Shown: positions 49,207-59,280 of the stretch, in pieces
Layout: every line of letters starts with the position of its first letter
How positions within the stretch are numbered: the first letter of the stretch is position 1
Assembly: GCF_902652985.1 (NCBI RefSeq)
Contig: NC_047019.1
Coordinates: 14,190,097 to 14,254,096 of the forward strand
Origin: Pecten maximus
Lineage: Eukaryota
Reading direction: 5' to 3'
Length of the DNA: 64,000 nt
Program-made: the position numbers and the translations under genes
Notes under the pieces: model-generated
The model's input: only the letters and a program-made list of their open reading frames with translations
The model's database searches: none
Told to the model about the DNA's origin: nothing

Positions 49207-52175
49207 ACCCTGTACATACCTGTTTGTGACAGGGTGGTACTGTAGGGCCCTGTACATACCTGTTTGTGACAGAGTAGCACTGTAGGGCCCTGTACATACC
49301 TGTTTGTGACAGAGTGGCACTATAGGGCCCTGTACATACCTGTTTGTGACAGGGTGGCACTGTAGGGCCCTGTACATACCTGTTTGTGACAGAGTGGCAC
49401 TGTAGGGCCCTGTACATACCTGTTTGTGACAGAGTGGCACTGTAGGGCTCTGTACATACCTGTTTGTGACAGAGTGGCACTATAGGGCCCTGTACATACC
49501 TGTTTGTGACAGGGTGGCACTGTAGGGCCCTGTACATACCTGTTTGTGACAGAGTGGCACTATAGGGCCCTGTACATACCTGTTTGTGACAGAGTGGCAC
49601 TATAGGGCCCTGTACATACCTGTTTGTGACAGAGTAGCACTGTAGGGCCCTGTACATACCTGTTTGTGACAGAGTGGCACTATAGGGCCCTGTACATACC
49701 TGTTTGTGACAGGGTGGCACTGTAGGGCCCTGTACATACCTGTTTGTGAAAGAGTGGCACTGTAGGGCCCTGTACATACCTGTTTGTGACAGAGTGGCAC
49801 TGTAGGGCCCTGTACATACCTGTTTGTGACAGAGTGGCACTATAGGGCCCTGTACATACCTGTTTGTGACAGGGTGGCACTGTAGGGCCCTGTACATACC
49901 TGTTTGTGACAGAGTGGCACTATAGGGCCCTGTACATACCTGTTTGTGACAGAGTGGCACTGTAGGGCCCTGTACATACCTGTTTGTGACAGGGTGGCAC
50001 TGTAGGGCCCTGTACATACCTGTTTGTGACAGAGTAGTACTGTAGGGCCCTGTACATACCTGTTTGTGACAGGGTGGCACTGTTGGGCCCTGTACATACC
50101 TGTTTGTGATAGAGTGGCACTGTAGGGCCCTGTACATACCTGTTTGTGACAGAGCAGTACTGTAGAGCCCTGTACATACCTGTTTGTAACAGGGTGGCAC
50201 TGTTGGGCCCTGTACATACCTGTTTGTGACAGGGTGGCACTGTAGGGCCCTGTACATACCTGTTTGTGACAGAGTAGTACTGTAGGGCCCTGTACATACC
50301 TGTTTGTGACAGGGTGGCACTGTAGGGCCCTGTACATACCCGTTTGTGACAGGGTGGCACTGTAGGGCCCTGTACATACCTGTTTGTGACAGAGTGGCAC
50401 TGTAGGTCCCTGTACATACCTGTTTGTGACAGAGTGGCACTGTAGGGCCCTGTACATACCTGTTTGTGACAGAGTGGCACTGTAGGGCCCTGTACATACC
50501 TGTTTGTGACAGAGTGGCACTATAGGGCCCTGTACATACCTGTTTGTGACAGGGTGGCACTGTTGGGCCCTGTACATACCTGTTTGTGACAGAGTGGCAC
50601 TGTAGGGCCCTGTACATACCTGTTTGTGACAGAGTAGTACTGTAGGGCCCTGTACATACCTGTTTGTGACAGGGTGGCACTGTAGGGCCATGTACATACC
50701 CGTTTGTGACAGGGTGGCACTGTAGGGCCCTGTACATACCTGTTTGTGACAGAGTGGTACTGTAGGGCCCTGTACATACCTGTTTGTGACAGGGTGGCAC
50801 TGTAGGGCCCTGTACATACCTGTTTGTGACAGGGTGGCACTGTAGGGCCCTGTACATACTTGTGTGTGACAGGGTGGCACTGTAAGGCCCTGTACATACC
50901 TGTTTGTGACAGGGTGGCACTGTAGGTCCCTGTACATACCTGTTTGTGACAGAGTGGTACTGTAGGGCCCTGTACATACCTGTGTGTGACAGGGTGGCAC
51001 TGTAGGTCCCTGTACATACCTGTTTGTGACAGAGTGGTACTGTAGGGCCCTGTACATACCTGTTTGTGACAGGGTGGTACTGTAGGGCCCTGTACATACT
51101 TGTGTGTGACAGGGTGGCACTGTAAGGCCCTGTACATACCTGTTTGTGACAGGGTGGCACTGTAGGTCCATGTACATACTTGTGTGTGACAGGGTGGTAC
51201 TGTAGGTCCCTGTACATACCTGTTTGTGACAGGGTGGCACTGTTGGTCCCTGTACATACCTGTTTGTGACAGGGTGGCACTGTAAGGCCCTGTACATACC
51301 TGTTTGTGACAGGGTGGCACTGTAGGTCCCTGTACATACCTGTTTGTGACAGGGTGGTACTGTAGGGCCCTGTACATACCTGTTTGTGACAGAGTGACAC
51401 TATAGGTCCCTGTACATACCTGTGTGTGACAGGGTGGCACTGTAGGTCCCTGTACATACCTGTTTGTGACAGAGTGGCACTGTAGGGCCCTGTACATACC
51501 TGTGTGTGACAGGGTGGCACTGTAGGTCCCTGTACATACCTGTTTGTGACAGGGTGGTACTGTAGGGCCCTGTACATACATGTTTGTGACAGAGTGGCAC
51601 TATAGGGCCCTGTACATACCTGTGTGTGACAGGGTGGCACTGTAGGTCCCTGTACATACCTGTTTGTGACAGAGTGGCACTGTAGGGCCCTGTACATACC
51701 TGTTTGTGACAGAGTGGCACTGTAGGGCCCTGTACATACCTGTTTGTGACAGAGTGGTACTGTAGGTCCCTGTACATACCTGTTTGTGACAGAGTGGCAC
51801 TGTAGGGCCCTGTACATACCTGTTTGTGACAGGGTGGCACTGTAGGCTCCTGTACATACCTGTTTGTGACAGAGTGGCACTGTTGGGCCCTGTACATACC
51901 TGTTTGTGACAGAGTGGCACTATTGGGCCCTGTACATACCTGTTTGTGACAGAGTGGCACTATAGGGCCCTGTACATACCTGTTTGTGACAGGGTGGCAC
52001 TGTAGGCTCCTGTACATACCTGTTTGTGACAGAGTGGCACTGTTGGGCCCTGTACATACCTGTTTGTGACAGAGTGGCACTTTTGGGCCCTGTACATACC
52101 TGTTTGTGACAGAGTGGCACTGTAGGGCCCTGTACATACCTGTTTGTGACAGGGTGGCACTGTAGGCTCCAAGGT
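49207..52175. repeat. 40-bp satellite A, about 74 monomers, inside an intron of the large gene. Each minus-strand monomer contains a donor-like aacag|gtatgt and an acceptor-like tgtacag.
   Basis: The plus-strand unit is 'ccctgtacatacctgtttgtgacagRgtggcactgtaggg'. The minus strand is open in all 3 frames, giving the 892-aa ORF artefact. Confidence 0.95.
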
Positions 52176-52248
52176 ATATGCCTATATGACTGGAGGTAGA
52201 GCAGTCTGGACGAAGCTCCACAAGTGTCATCAGGAGATCCACCAAACA
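52140..52248 (-). CDS. Large gene exon (tentative). Its last roughly 35 nt and its GTATGT donor are the first monomer of the 40-bp satellite.
   Basis: The acceptor is attattatagag|TG and the donor is aacag|gtatgt at 52139. The 109-nt exon is phase-compatible with both the upstream (52775) and downstream (48723) exons. It encodes VFGGSPDDTCGASSRLLYLQSYRHIPWSLQCHPVTN. Confidence 0.4.
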
Positions 52249-52774
52249 CTCTATAATAATATATCAACTTATATAGTCATCATCTTGTTTGTTTGAAGTA
52301 TACACATTAAACAATAGAAAACTTACATCATCTCATCAGGACACATCTTCTTTAACAGATAAAATTACAACTGAAAGTCATTTTTAACTAATACCGCTAT
52401 TATTTGTGATCATGGTAGCTACATGTACATGACATCTATATTTTTTTGAAAATAGCACCATTGTATTTGCTATCCCTCAAAACCATTATATAAAGATTGA
52501 CAGCTTAATCTGACAATATCTCAATATTAGTCAACCAGTATTCCATTATGTTTCTATAGTTACGGTTATTGAAATACTTGATGCTTTTCTCTCTAGTATA
52601 ACACTTAACAAACAATAACTTGCTCTGTGCCACAAATGTGACAATTTTTTTTAAATATTTTGTTTGTTTGTTTATCTATAATTTATCTACCATGATATAA
52701 TCTAGTTTATCAAAAAGTTGATGCTTTCATGAAATACACAACACCAAATAAAGCCATATTTCTTATTAACTCAC

Positions 52775-53015
52775 CTTTGACCTCAGATCCTGCCTCGTCA
52801 AGTATGATCGACAAAAACATTGAGTGACTGAGTACCATGTCAAAGATAGTGTTGGGAGTCAGATCAAGTGTCTCTCCACTTGAGTACACCATCTTCACCA
52901 GCGTGTTGAGGATCTTATGAGTACTGGCATTGGAGTACTGGGATCGTAAACATGCTTTCACAAAGGACGAGAAATCTTTATGTACCTCAGATGGCTTCAA
53001 TTGTTGGATGACATC
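52775..53015 (-). CDS. Large gene exon
   Basis: The acceptor is tttgtatacag|G and the donor is caaag|gtgagt. The exon encodes DVIQQLKPSEVHKDFSSFVKACLRSQYSNASTHKILNTLVKMVYSSGETLDLTPNTIFDMVLSHSMFLSIILDEAGSEVK. Confidence 0.7.
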
Positions 53016-53830
53016 CTGTATACAAACATGGATAATATCATTAATTACTAACATCTTATAATTATATACAAACATGGATAATATCATTAATTACTAATAT
53101 CTTATAATTATATACAAACATGGATAATATCATTAATTACCAACATCTTATAATTATGTACAAACAAGGATAATATCATTAATTACTAACATCTTATAAT
53201 TATGTACAAACATGGATAATATCATTAATTACTAACATCTTATAATTATGTACAAACATGGATAATATCATTAATTACTAACATCTTATAATTATGTACA
53301 AACATGGATAATATCATTAATTACTAATATCTTATAATTATGTACAAACATGGATAATATCATTAATTACTAACATCTTATAATTATGTACAAACATGGA
53401 TAATATCATTAATTACTGTCCTGTATACAAACATGGATAATATCATTAATTACTAACATCTTATAATTATGTACAAACATGGATAATATCATTAATTACT
53501 GTCCTGTATACAAACATGGATAATATCATTAATTACTAATATCTTATAATTATATACAAACATGGATAATATCATTAATTACTAATATCATATAATTATG
53601 TACAAACATGGATAATATCATTAATTACTAATATCTTATAATTATGTACAAACATGGATAATATCATTAATTACTAATATCTTATAATTATATACAAACA
53701 TGGATAATATCATTAATTACTAACATCTTATAATTATGTACAAACATGGATAATATCATTAATTACTAATATCTTATAATTATGTACAAACATGGATAAT
53801 ATCATTAATTACTAATATCATATAATTATG
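53016..53830. repeat. 47-bp minisatellite, about 17 copies, starting exactly at the 3' splice site of exon 52775-53015. Units include acceptor-like 'tgtatacag' variants.
   Basis: The unit is 'acaaacatggataatatcattaattactaacatcttataattatRta'. Copies at about 53400 and 53500 carry 'cctgtatacaaacatgg', whose minus strand reads ccatgtttgtatacag|g. Confidence 0.9.
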
Positions 53831-54394
53831 AATGGCCATTTTGTCATGATACCTGGGCCCTGAAGAGTAGTTCAATGTTTCTTTATTTGGACTCTTGACA
53901 ACCGACAGAAACCTTCAATTGTGAAATACACTCAAAAATAGAAATGTTGTAAAGTGCTGTTTTCAATGAGGTAATGAATTTTTCCAAGAACAAGCTCTGG
54001 TATAAGCCCACACATGTCCATCGCTTTTTAAGCAAAAACTTCTAACATCAACTATTTTATTGTCCTTCAGCATTTGGTCAAATGTTATGTGTTGAAAACA
54101 GATAACATATTTACATTTGTGCCACATTTCCCTATTGAAACAATGCCAAGAGGCAGTTGCTACCATACATCTATAACACCCAGTGGGTCATGTGACATTT
54201 AAAAAAGGCAGTAATTCATTTGTTGGTTCAGTTTTCAAAACTGATAAAAATGGTTAGGCGATTTAAGTATTGAACAGTTGTTTTAATGTTGTTATATGGT
54301 AGTAAGATGTATGTTGGACATGTACAAATGTCATGGGAACCAGTTGTTCATCATTAAACATTTACATGATGATTTCTTGCTTTGTATGTTGCCA

Positions 54395-54470
54395 GGCCAA
54401 ACAAGATTATATTGAACTCACCTGACTGGCCAGGCCAAACAAGATTATATTGAACTCACCTGACTGGTTT
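54395..54470. repeat. 38-bp tandem duplication spanning the donor site of exon 54460-54716
   Basis: 'ggccaaacaagattatattgaactcacctgactgg' occurs twice. The second copy places a duplicate 'cag|gtgagt' donor 38 nt into the intron. Confidence 0.85.
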
Positions 54471-54716
54471 TAGACAGAAGACTTTGAAGGTATTCCACTA
54501 AATCCCCATCTAATTTCTCCTTTTTCTGAAGAGTGTACATCAAGCATCTCCGACACACAGAGTAAACCTGGGCCTCAGTAATGACAGGCTCAGTGCTGAC
54601 CCCTGGTGTAGATGAGGAAAGGTAACGAAGCACTTGGATGTGATCCCTTTTCACAGTTTTTTTGGCCTTAATACTACTAGTAATGCTCCGATAAATGTCT
54701 TTCTGTTTGTCAATGT
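54460..54716 (-). CDS. Large gene exon
   Basis: The acceptor is ctttttttccag|AC and the donor is agtcag|gtgagt. The exon encodes IDKQKDIYRSITSSIKAKKTVKRDHIQVLRYLSSSTPGVSTEPVITEAQVYSVCRRCLMYTLQKKEKLDGDLVEYLQSLLSKTSQ. Confidence 0.7.
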
Positions 54717-55315
54717 CTGGAAAAAAAGAATGAATAAAATGAATTTCTCCTAACTAAACAAATAATGAACAAAATGAAAAAGAAAAATTTATGATGTATT
54801 ATTTATATACCATATACAATGTATTTGTAGTTTCAAGGTTATGTTTTTCATGTGTCACTGTCTTAATTGTATCTGTTTGTCTCTCTCTATTTCTTAATTA
54901 AATAATTTTGAAGAATATTTTCATTCAAAGGTTAAGATTAAGAGAAGTTAGGAACATCTGACTCCACTACATCTATTGGGCATCCCTTGGGAAATGCTTT
55001 GCCTAGTACATGTATACGCATCCTTGGGCAAATACACACAGATGAATGTTAATGCTATCTAAAACGTTGGCTAATGGCAAGAGTGACACTGCTAGATACC
55101 GTGATGACTGTATTAGTGTCCATTCTTCAAATAAACAAGTTCAAAACACTCATTTCCTTAAATTAATATTCATTTCTTGTGTTTCAATATAGATTTTATC
55201 TCTATCCAAAAATGATTTTACTAGCTAAATGTTCTTGTAGGTAGATTTTGGCACTTCAGTAAATGAACATGAGAAAAAAAATTCTTTAAAGATATTTTAC
55301 TCGTTGCTGACTTAC

Positions 55316-55459
55316 CTATAACTTTGAGCTTACACAGCAGGGTAGCCAGTTCACATAGATCTCCTATAAAATCAGAGTGCTGTTCAGATGTTCCCATCAA
55401 AGTTCCCACACAGTCCGCATAATCCCTGTAGATTTTGTGAACAGCCTCTGTGGCTTCCG
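55316..55459 (-). CDS. Large gene exon
   Basis: The acceptor is cattgtttccag|CG and the donor is gttatag|gtaagt. The exon encodes EATEAVHKIYRDYADCVGTLMGTSEQHSDFIGDLCELATLLCKLKVI. Confidence 0.7.
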
Positions 55460-56513
55460 CTGGAAACAATGAGATAAACCAACAATTACCTTTATAAGTT
55501 CTTGGTATCAGGCCAACAGATACATGTACATGTACCATAACATACACGAGACATGCTCTAGTACAGATTATTTATATGGTGTGTATCAATTTCATGTTAT
55601 CAAAACCTTACTGATGTAATGGAGTTTTCTGAGAAGAATGAATATTTCCGAAATCTATAAGAAATCAGAAAATATATACACTGTGCATATATAATCAAAT
55701 AAGAGACGAATAATAGAAGTGACATTTCATGTAATTACTCGATCAGCAGTCCTCAGTTGGCTTTTCAGTAGTTCCTATGCAACAGATACGATGTAATGCT
55801 TACAGCTACAGCATCTTGGAGGGGCAGACAATAGTAGTCTTTATAGACAGGTGACTGAGGTTCATATACAAACCTGTCTACAAAGGCTTCTCATTGGAGG
55901 AACAGACAAAAGTGGTCTTTATAGACAGGTGACTGAGGTTCATATACAAACCTGTCTACAAAGGCTTCTCATTGGAGGAGCAGACAATAGTGGTCTTTAT
56001 AGACAGGTGATTGAGGTTCATATATAGTCAAACCTGTATATAAAGGCTGCTCAGTGGATCAGAAAATAATTGCTTTTATGGAAAGGTGGCCTTTATGTAA
56101 AGGATCATATACAATGAATTTTGTTACATTGGGACCCGAAACATGCGACCTTTAAAGATTGGCCCTAAATGACTCAAACTGTTGATGGGCTGTAAAACAA
56201 TACAATACCTTACAGTCCTTTATTGTTTATGGACAGATTTTTCCAATATACAGGTGAATTGGGTTTATTATAAACAGGTCACCTTTATGGGCAGGTTTTT
56301 GCAATATATGTGATCTTTATCAACAGGTATTTGTTATATATAGGTGGTCTCAACCACAGATTTAAAAAAAACCAGTTGGTCTTTATAGACAAGTTTTTTG
56401 TTATACAGGTGGTCTTTATAGACAGGTTTTTTTTGTAATACAAGTGGTCTTTATAGACAGGTTTTTTGTAATACAGGTGGTCTCTAGGGCAGGTTCTATA
56501 TGGTTTTGCCTAC

Positions 56514-57486
56514 CTTTCCTGTCCGTTACACACTGCAGGTAGGTGTTCAGTAACGGGATGTTCACAAACTTCCGGTCACTGTCGATATTTGTTGCCATAA
56601 TCCATTCCTCAAGATTTGACCTGGCCACGGAGTTATGTTTGACCACAGTCATTGCTATCTTATGCTTTACTATGGAGGAGCTATTCAGGAGATGCCACAT
56701 GGTTTCCTTGGTAACCGCAACAGAGAAATGAGGAAATGTTTGCAGAAGATTTTGACAATTATTGTCAATAACATTTGAGTCGATACTGCACATCATCTCT
56801 AACAACACCTCAAAATCCTTAATATGTAGAAACACGAAGCTGTGGTGATGAACAGACAGGTTACTATGGATCTCTTCTAAAAGGTTCATCAGAAAACTCC
56901 CCAAGGGAGATAACTCTGATGAGGAATTGACAAGTAAAGTCTTCGGTAGGTATAGGACAGTGTGAAGGAGTGAAAACTGTGCCTCTATGTCTAAGAAATT
57001 TGTAAACAACCCTAAGTTGTTCTGGATCAGTCCGACCAATTTTTGGTAGGTTGGACTTGGTTCATTTCTGTTTTTGATGGAGTCCATGAATTTTTTTATT
57101 TTATCCACATATCTTTTCAGAACCAGTGACAACTGACTGAGGTCCTGCTTTTCAATGGATAAGAAGATCTGGCTCATTTGCGATGTGACAAGAAATTGAA
57201 GACAGCTGACTGTCGGTGGTGGGTATGCAGGATCCTCCAGTTTATCAGTTGGGTCATACAGGAACCATCTGAGCAACACAGGATGTGTTAAAACCATTTG
57301 GAGCATTTCAAACAGAGGCTCTGACCTTGCGTTCTGACCAAGGTCAGAGAGCAGATCAAAGTTACTATCATTTAACTTATCATTACATTCTTCTGAAACA
57401 GTGGCTTGTCTTGTCATACATAATTGTATCAATGCATGAAGTGTTTCTAAAAGGACTTCCATAGCAACACTGGATTTTGATCCTGT
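56514..57486 (-). CDS. Large gene exon (973 nt), alpha-helical (ARM/HEAT-like)
   Basis: The acceptor is tttgtatttttcag|A and the donor is aggaaag|gtaggc. A 324-codon ORF encodes TGSKSSVAMEVLLETLHALIQLC...LQCVTDRK. Confidence 0.75.
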
Positions 57487-57645
57487 CTGAAAAATACAAA
57501 CAATGATATTCAACACCAAACTATCAATTGTTAAAATCCAGTTATGCTACACTAAATATTCAGAAATTCAGGAGATAATGACTATGATAAGTGTCATTTA
57601 TTTGTGTTCAGGATTTTCGAAGTAGTCATAAATTAACCCACATAC

Positions 57646-57855
57646 CTGGCCACATGTTTTCTCCAGAGTAACGAAATACAGCAGCAGTTGCTTGGCAACA
57701 AGAAGCATGTCCTCCACATCCAAATCACCAAGACTCTTTGTTAGTTCCTTGACCTTCACCTCTTCTGCCTTAGCACACATCTTGATGAAGGCACGCATCA
57801 GTGGTCTACTGGATAGTATCTGTATCCCTTCCTTGGGCATTTTCATCCTCTTAAA
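57646..57855 (-). CDS. Large gene exon. It contains an in-frame 'aggATGaaaATGccc' that could alternatively be the start codon.
   Basis: The donor is ggccag|gtatgt. A weak acceptor gtgttaaag|TTT keeps phase 0 with the upstream exon. The exon encodes FKRMKMPKEGIQILSSRPLMRAFIKMCAKAEEVKVKELTKSLGDLDVEDMLLVAKQLLLYFVTLEKTCGQ. Confidence 0.5.
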
Positions 57856-58232
57856 CTTTAACACAATATATACCACTTTTACAATATTTTTACATAAATT
57901 TAATTTGTTTTTTGATTTTTTCCATCATCAACCCCTTACAATCTCTTACAACTTTTGCAGCATTGATATATCTATAATAAATATAAAGATATAAATTTTA
58001 CTTATTTTACAATTGCAAAACCATTTTCTACCAACTTAAATATATTATTGATTCTAAACTGAAGCTTCAAGGGGTCTTAGAGTGGGCGGAAACCGGAGGA
58101 CCCACAGCAAACCCATGAGGTCAGACAGGTCCCTATCATAATGCTCACATATGATTTTTCTATCAGAATTAAAAATCATTTTCAACATGTTTCATATAGC
58201 TAAACCTACTAAATATTCTAATCAAAATGTTT

Positions 58233-58330
58233 CCATCATTTCGTTCTGTAATCATTAGATACCTTTTCTGATGGTAACCATGACAATACGTTCTGTAATC
58301 ATTAGATACCTTTTCTGATGGTAACCATGA
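58233..58330. repeat. 47-bp tandem duplication spanning the donor site of exon 58310-58461
   Basis: 'gttctgtaatcattagataccttttctgatggtaaccatgacaataY' occurs twice. This duplicates the last 33 nt of the exon plus the gtatct donor about 47 nt into the intron. Confidence 0.85.
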
Positions 58331-58461
58331 CAATATGTACTTGATGACCCCACTCTCTAGCTGATCTCCATGGCAAGCGTTCAGCATACACACCAGAGGG
58401 AGAGGCTGTATTTGGGAGTGGAAAAGGTCAAGGACAATTCCAGACATGTAGTTTTTCACAC
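58310..58461 (-). CDS. Large gene exon
   Basis: The acceptor is ctactcaacag|GT and the donor is gaaaag|gtatct. The exon encodes VKNYMSGIVLDLFHSQIQPLPLVCMLNACHGDQLESGVIKYILSWLPSEK. Confidence 0.6.
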
Positions 58462-59130
58462 CTGTTGAGTAGATAAGTATATATGTATAGGGTCACAATA
58501 AGTATCTAATTTTATGTATAGTGTCACAATAAGTATATGTATAGGATTCCACATAATAACAGGTAATAGGTCAAACATTGAAATTAAATTGGATTATCGT
58601 AAATGCACACCTATGAGAACAAAGGAAAATTCTGCATGTATTATGAATGATAAGCCAGTATTTGCGATTGAAATTATAAAAGAGAATGAGCTTAACTGAT
58701 CTAAGCATTACATGTATACAAAATCTATTCCCCCCCTGCCCTGCTAAGAATAGTAACAGAAACCTTGACCTCAAAACCCTGTAACTAGAACATATTATGG
58801 TGCTTTATCATTGTGTAAAGATTGATTAAAATCCCTCAAGGAATGATGCCGTAAGAGCACTGACAAATTTAGGTATTACATACATAATACGTACCAGACA
58901 GAGATAAACCTACATACATAATATGTACCAGACAGACAGAGAGAAAACCTACATACATAATACGTACCAGACAGAGATAAACCTACATACATAATATGTA
59001 CCAGACAGACAGAGAGAAAACCTATCGCCCGCCCTTCCCCCCTGTTTCACTGTTAGAGAGCTATGAAGTGTCCAGTTAAACTGACAACAGAGGCAATAAC
59101 CAGTATTGGGAGTTTAAGACCTTTACTTAC

Positions 59131-59198
59131 TCGGAGGCATATTTTCTGTCTTGGTCAGATGTTCCAAAGCAATCACCACCATTGGGCTGTAGGGAAAC
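59131..59198 (-). CDS. Large gene candidate upstream exon (tentative). The gene may continue 5' beyond the satellite or the window end.
   Basis: The acceptor is ctctcattgtag|G and the donor is ccga|gtaagt. The exon encodes (F)PYSPMVVIALEHLTKTENMPP, and its phase matches exon 58310-58461. Confidence 0.3.
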
Positions 59199-59280
59199 CT
59201 ACAATGAGAGTGAACATGATTAAACACTGGGCTATATCTGTATCTAAATCATTGTTCTAGTTAAACTAAAACACATTTAT

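Noticed and set aside
49202-52267. An 892-aa ORF and nested ORFs with periodic CHKQVCTGPYSATLSQTGMYRALQ
   Set aside because: The 40-bp satellite is open in all three minus-strand frames, so three monomers read as a 40-aa periodic peptide. It is not a gene. Only the first monomer is plausibly exonic (see the findings).
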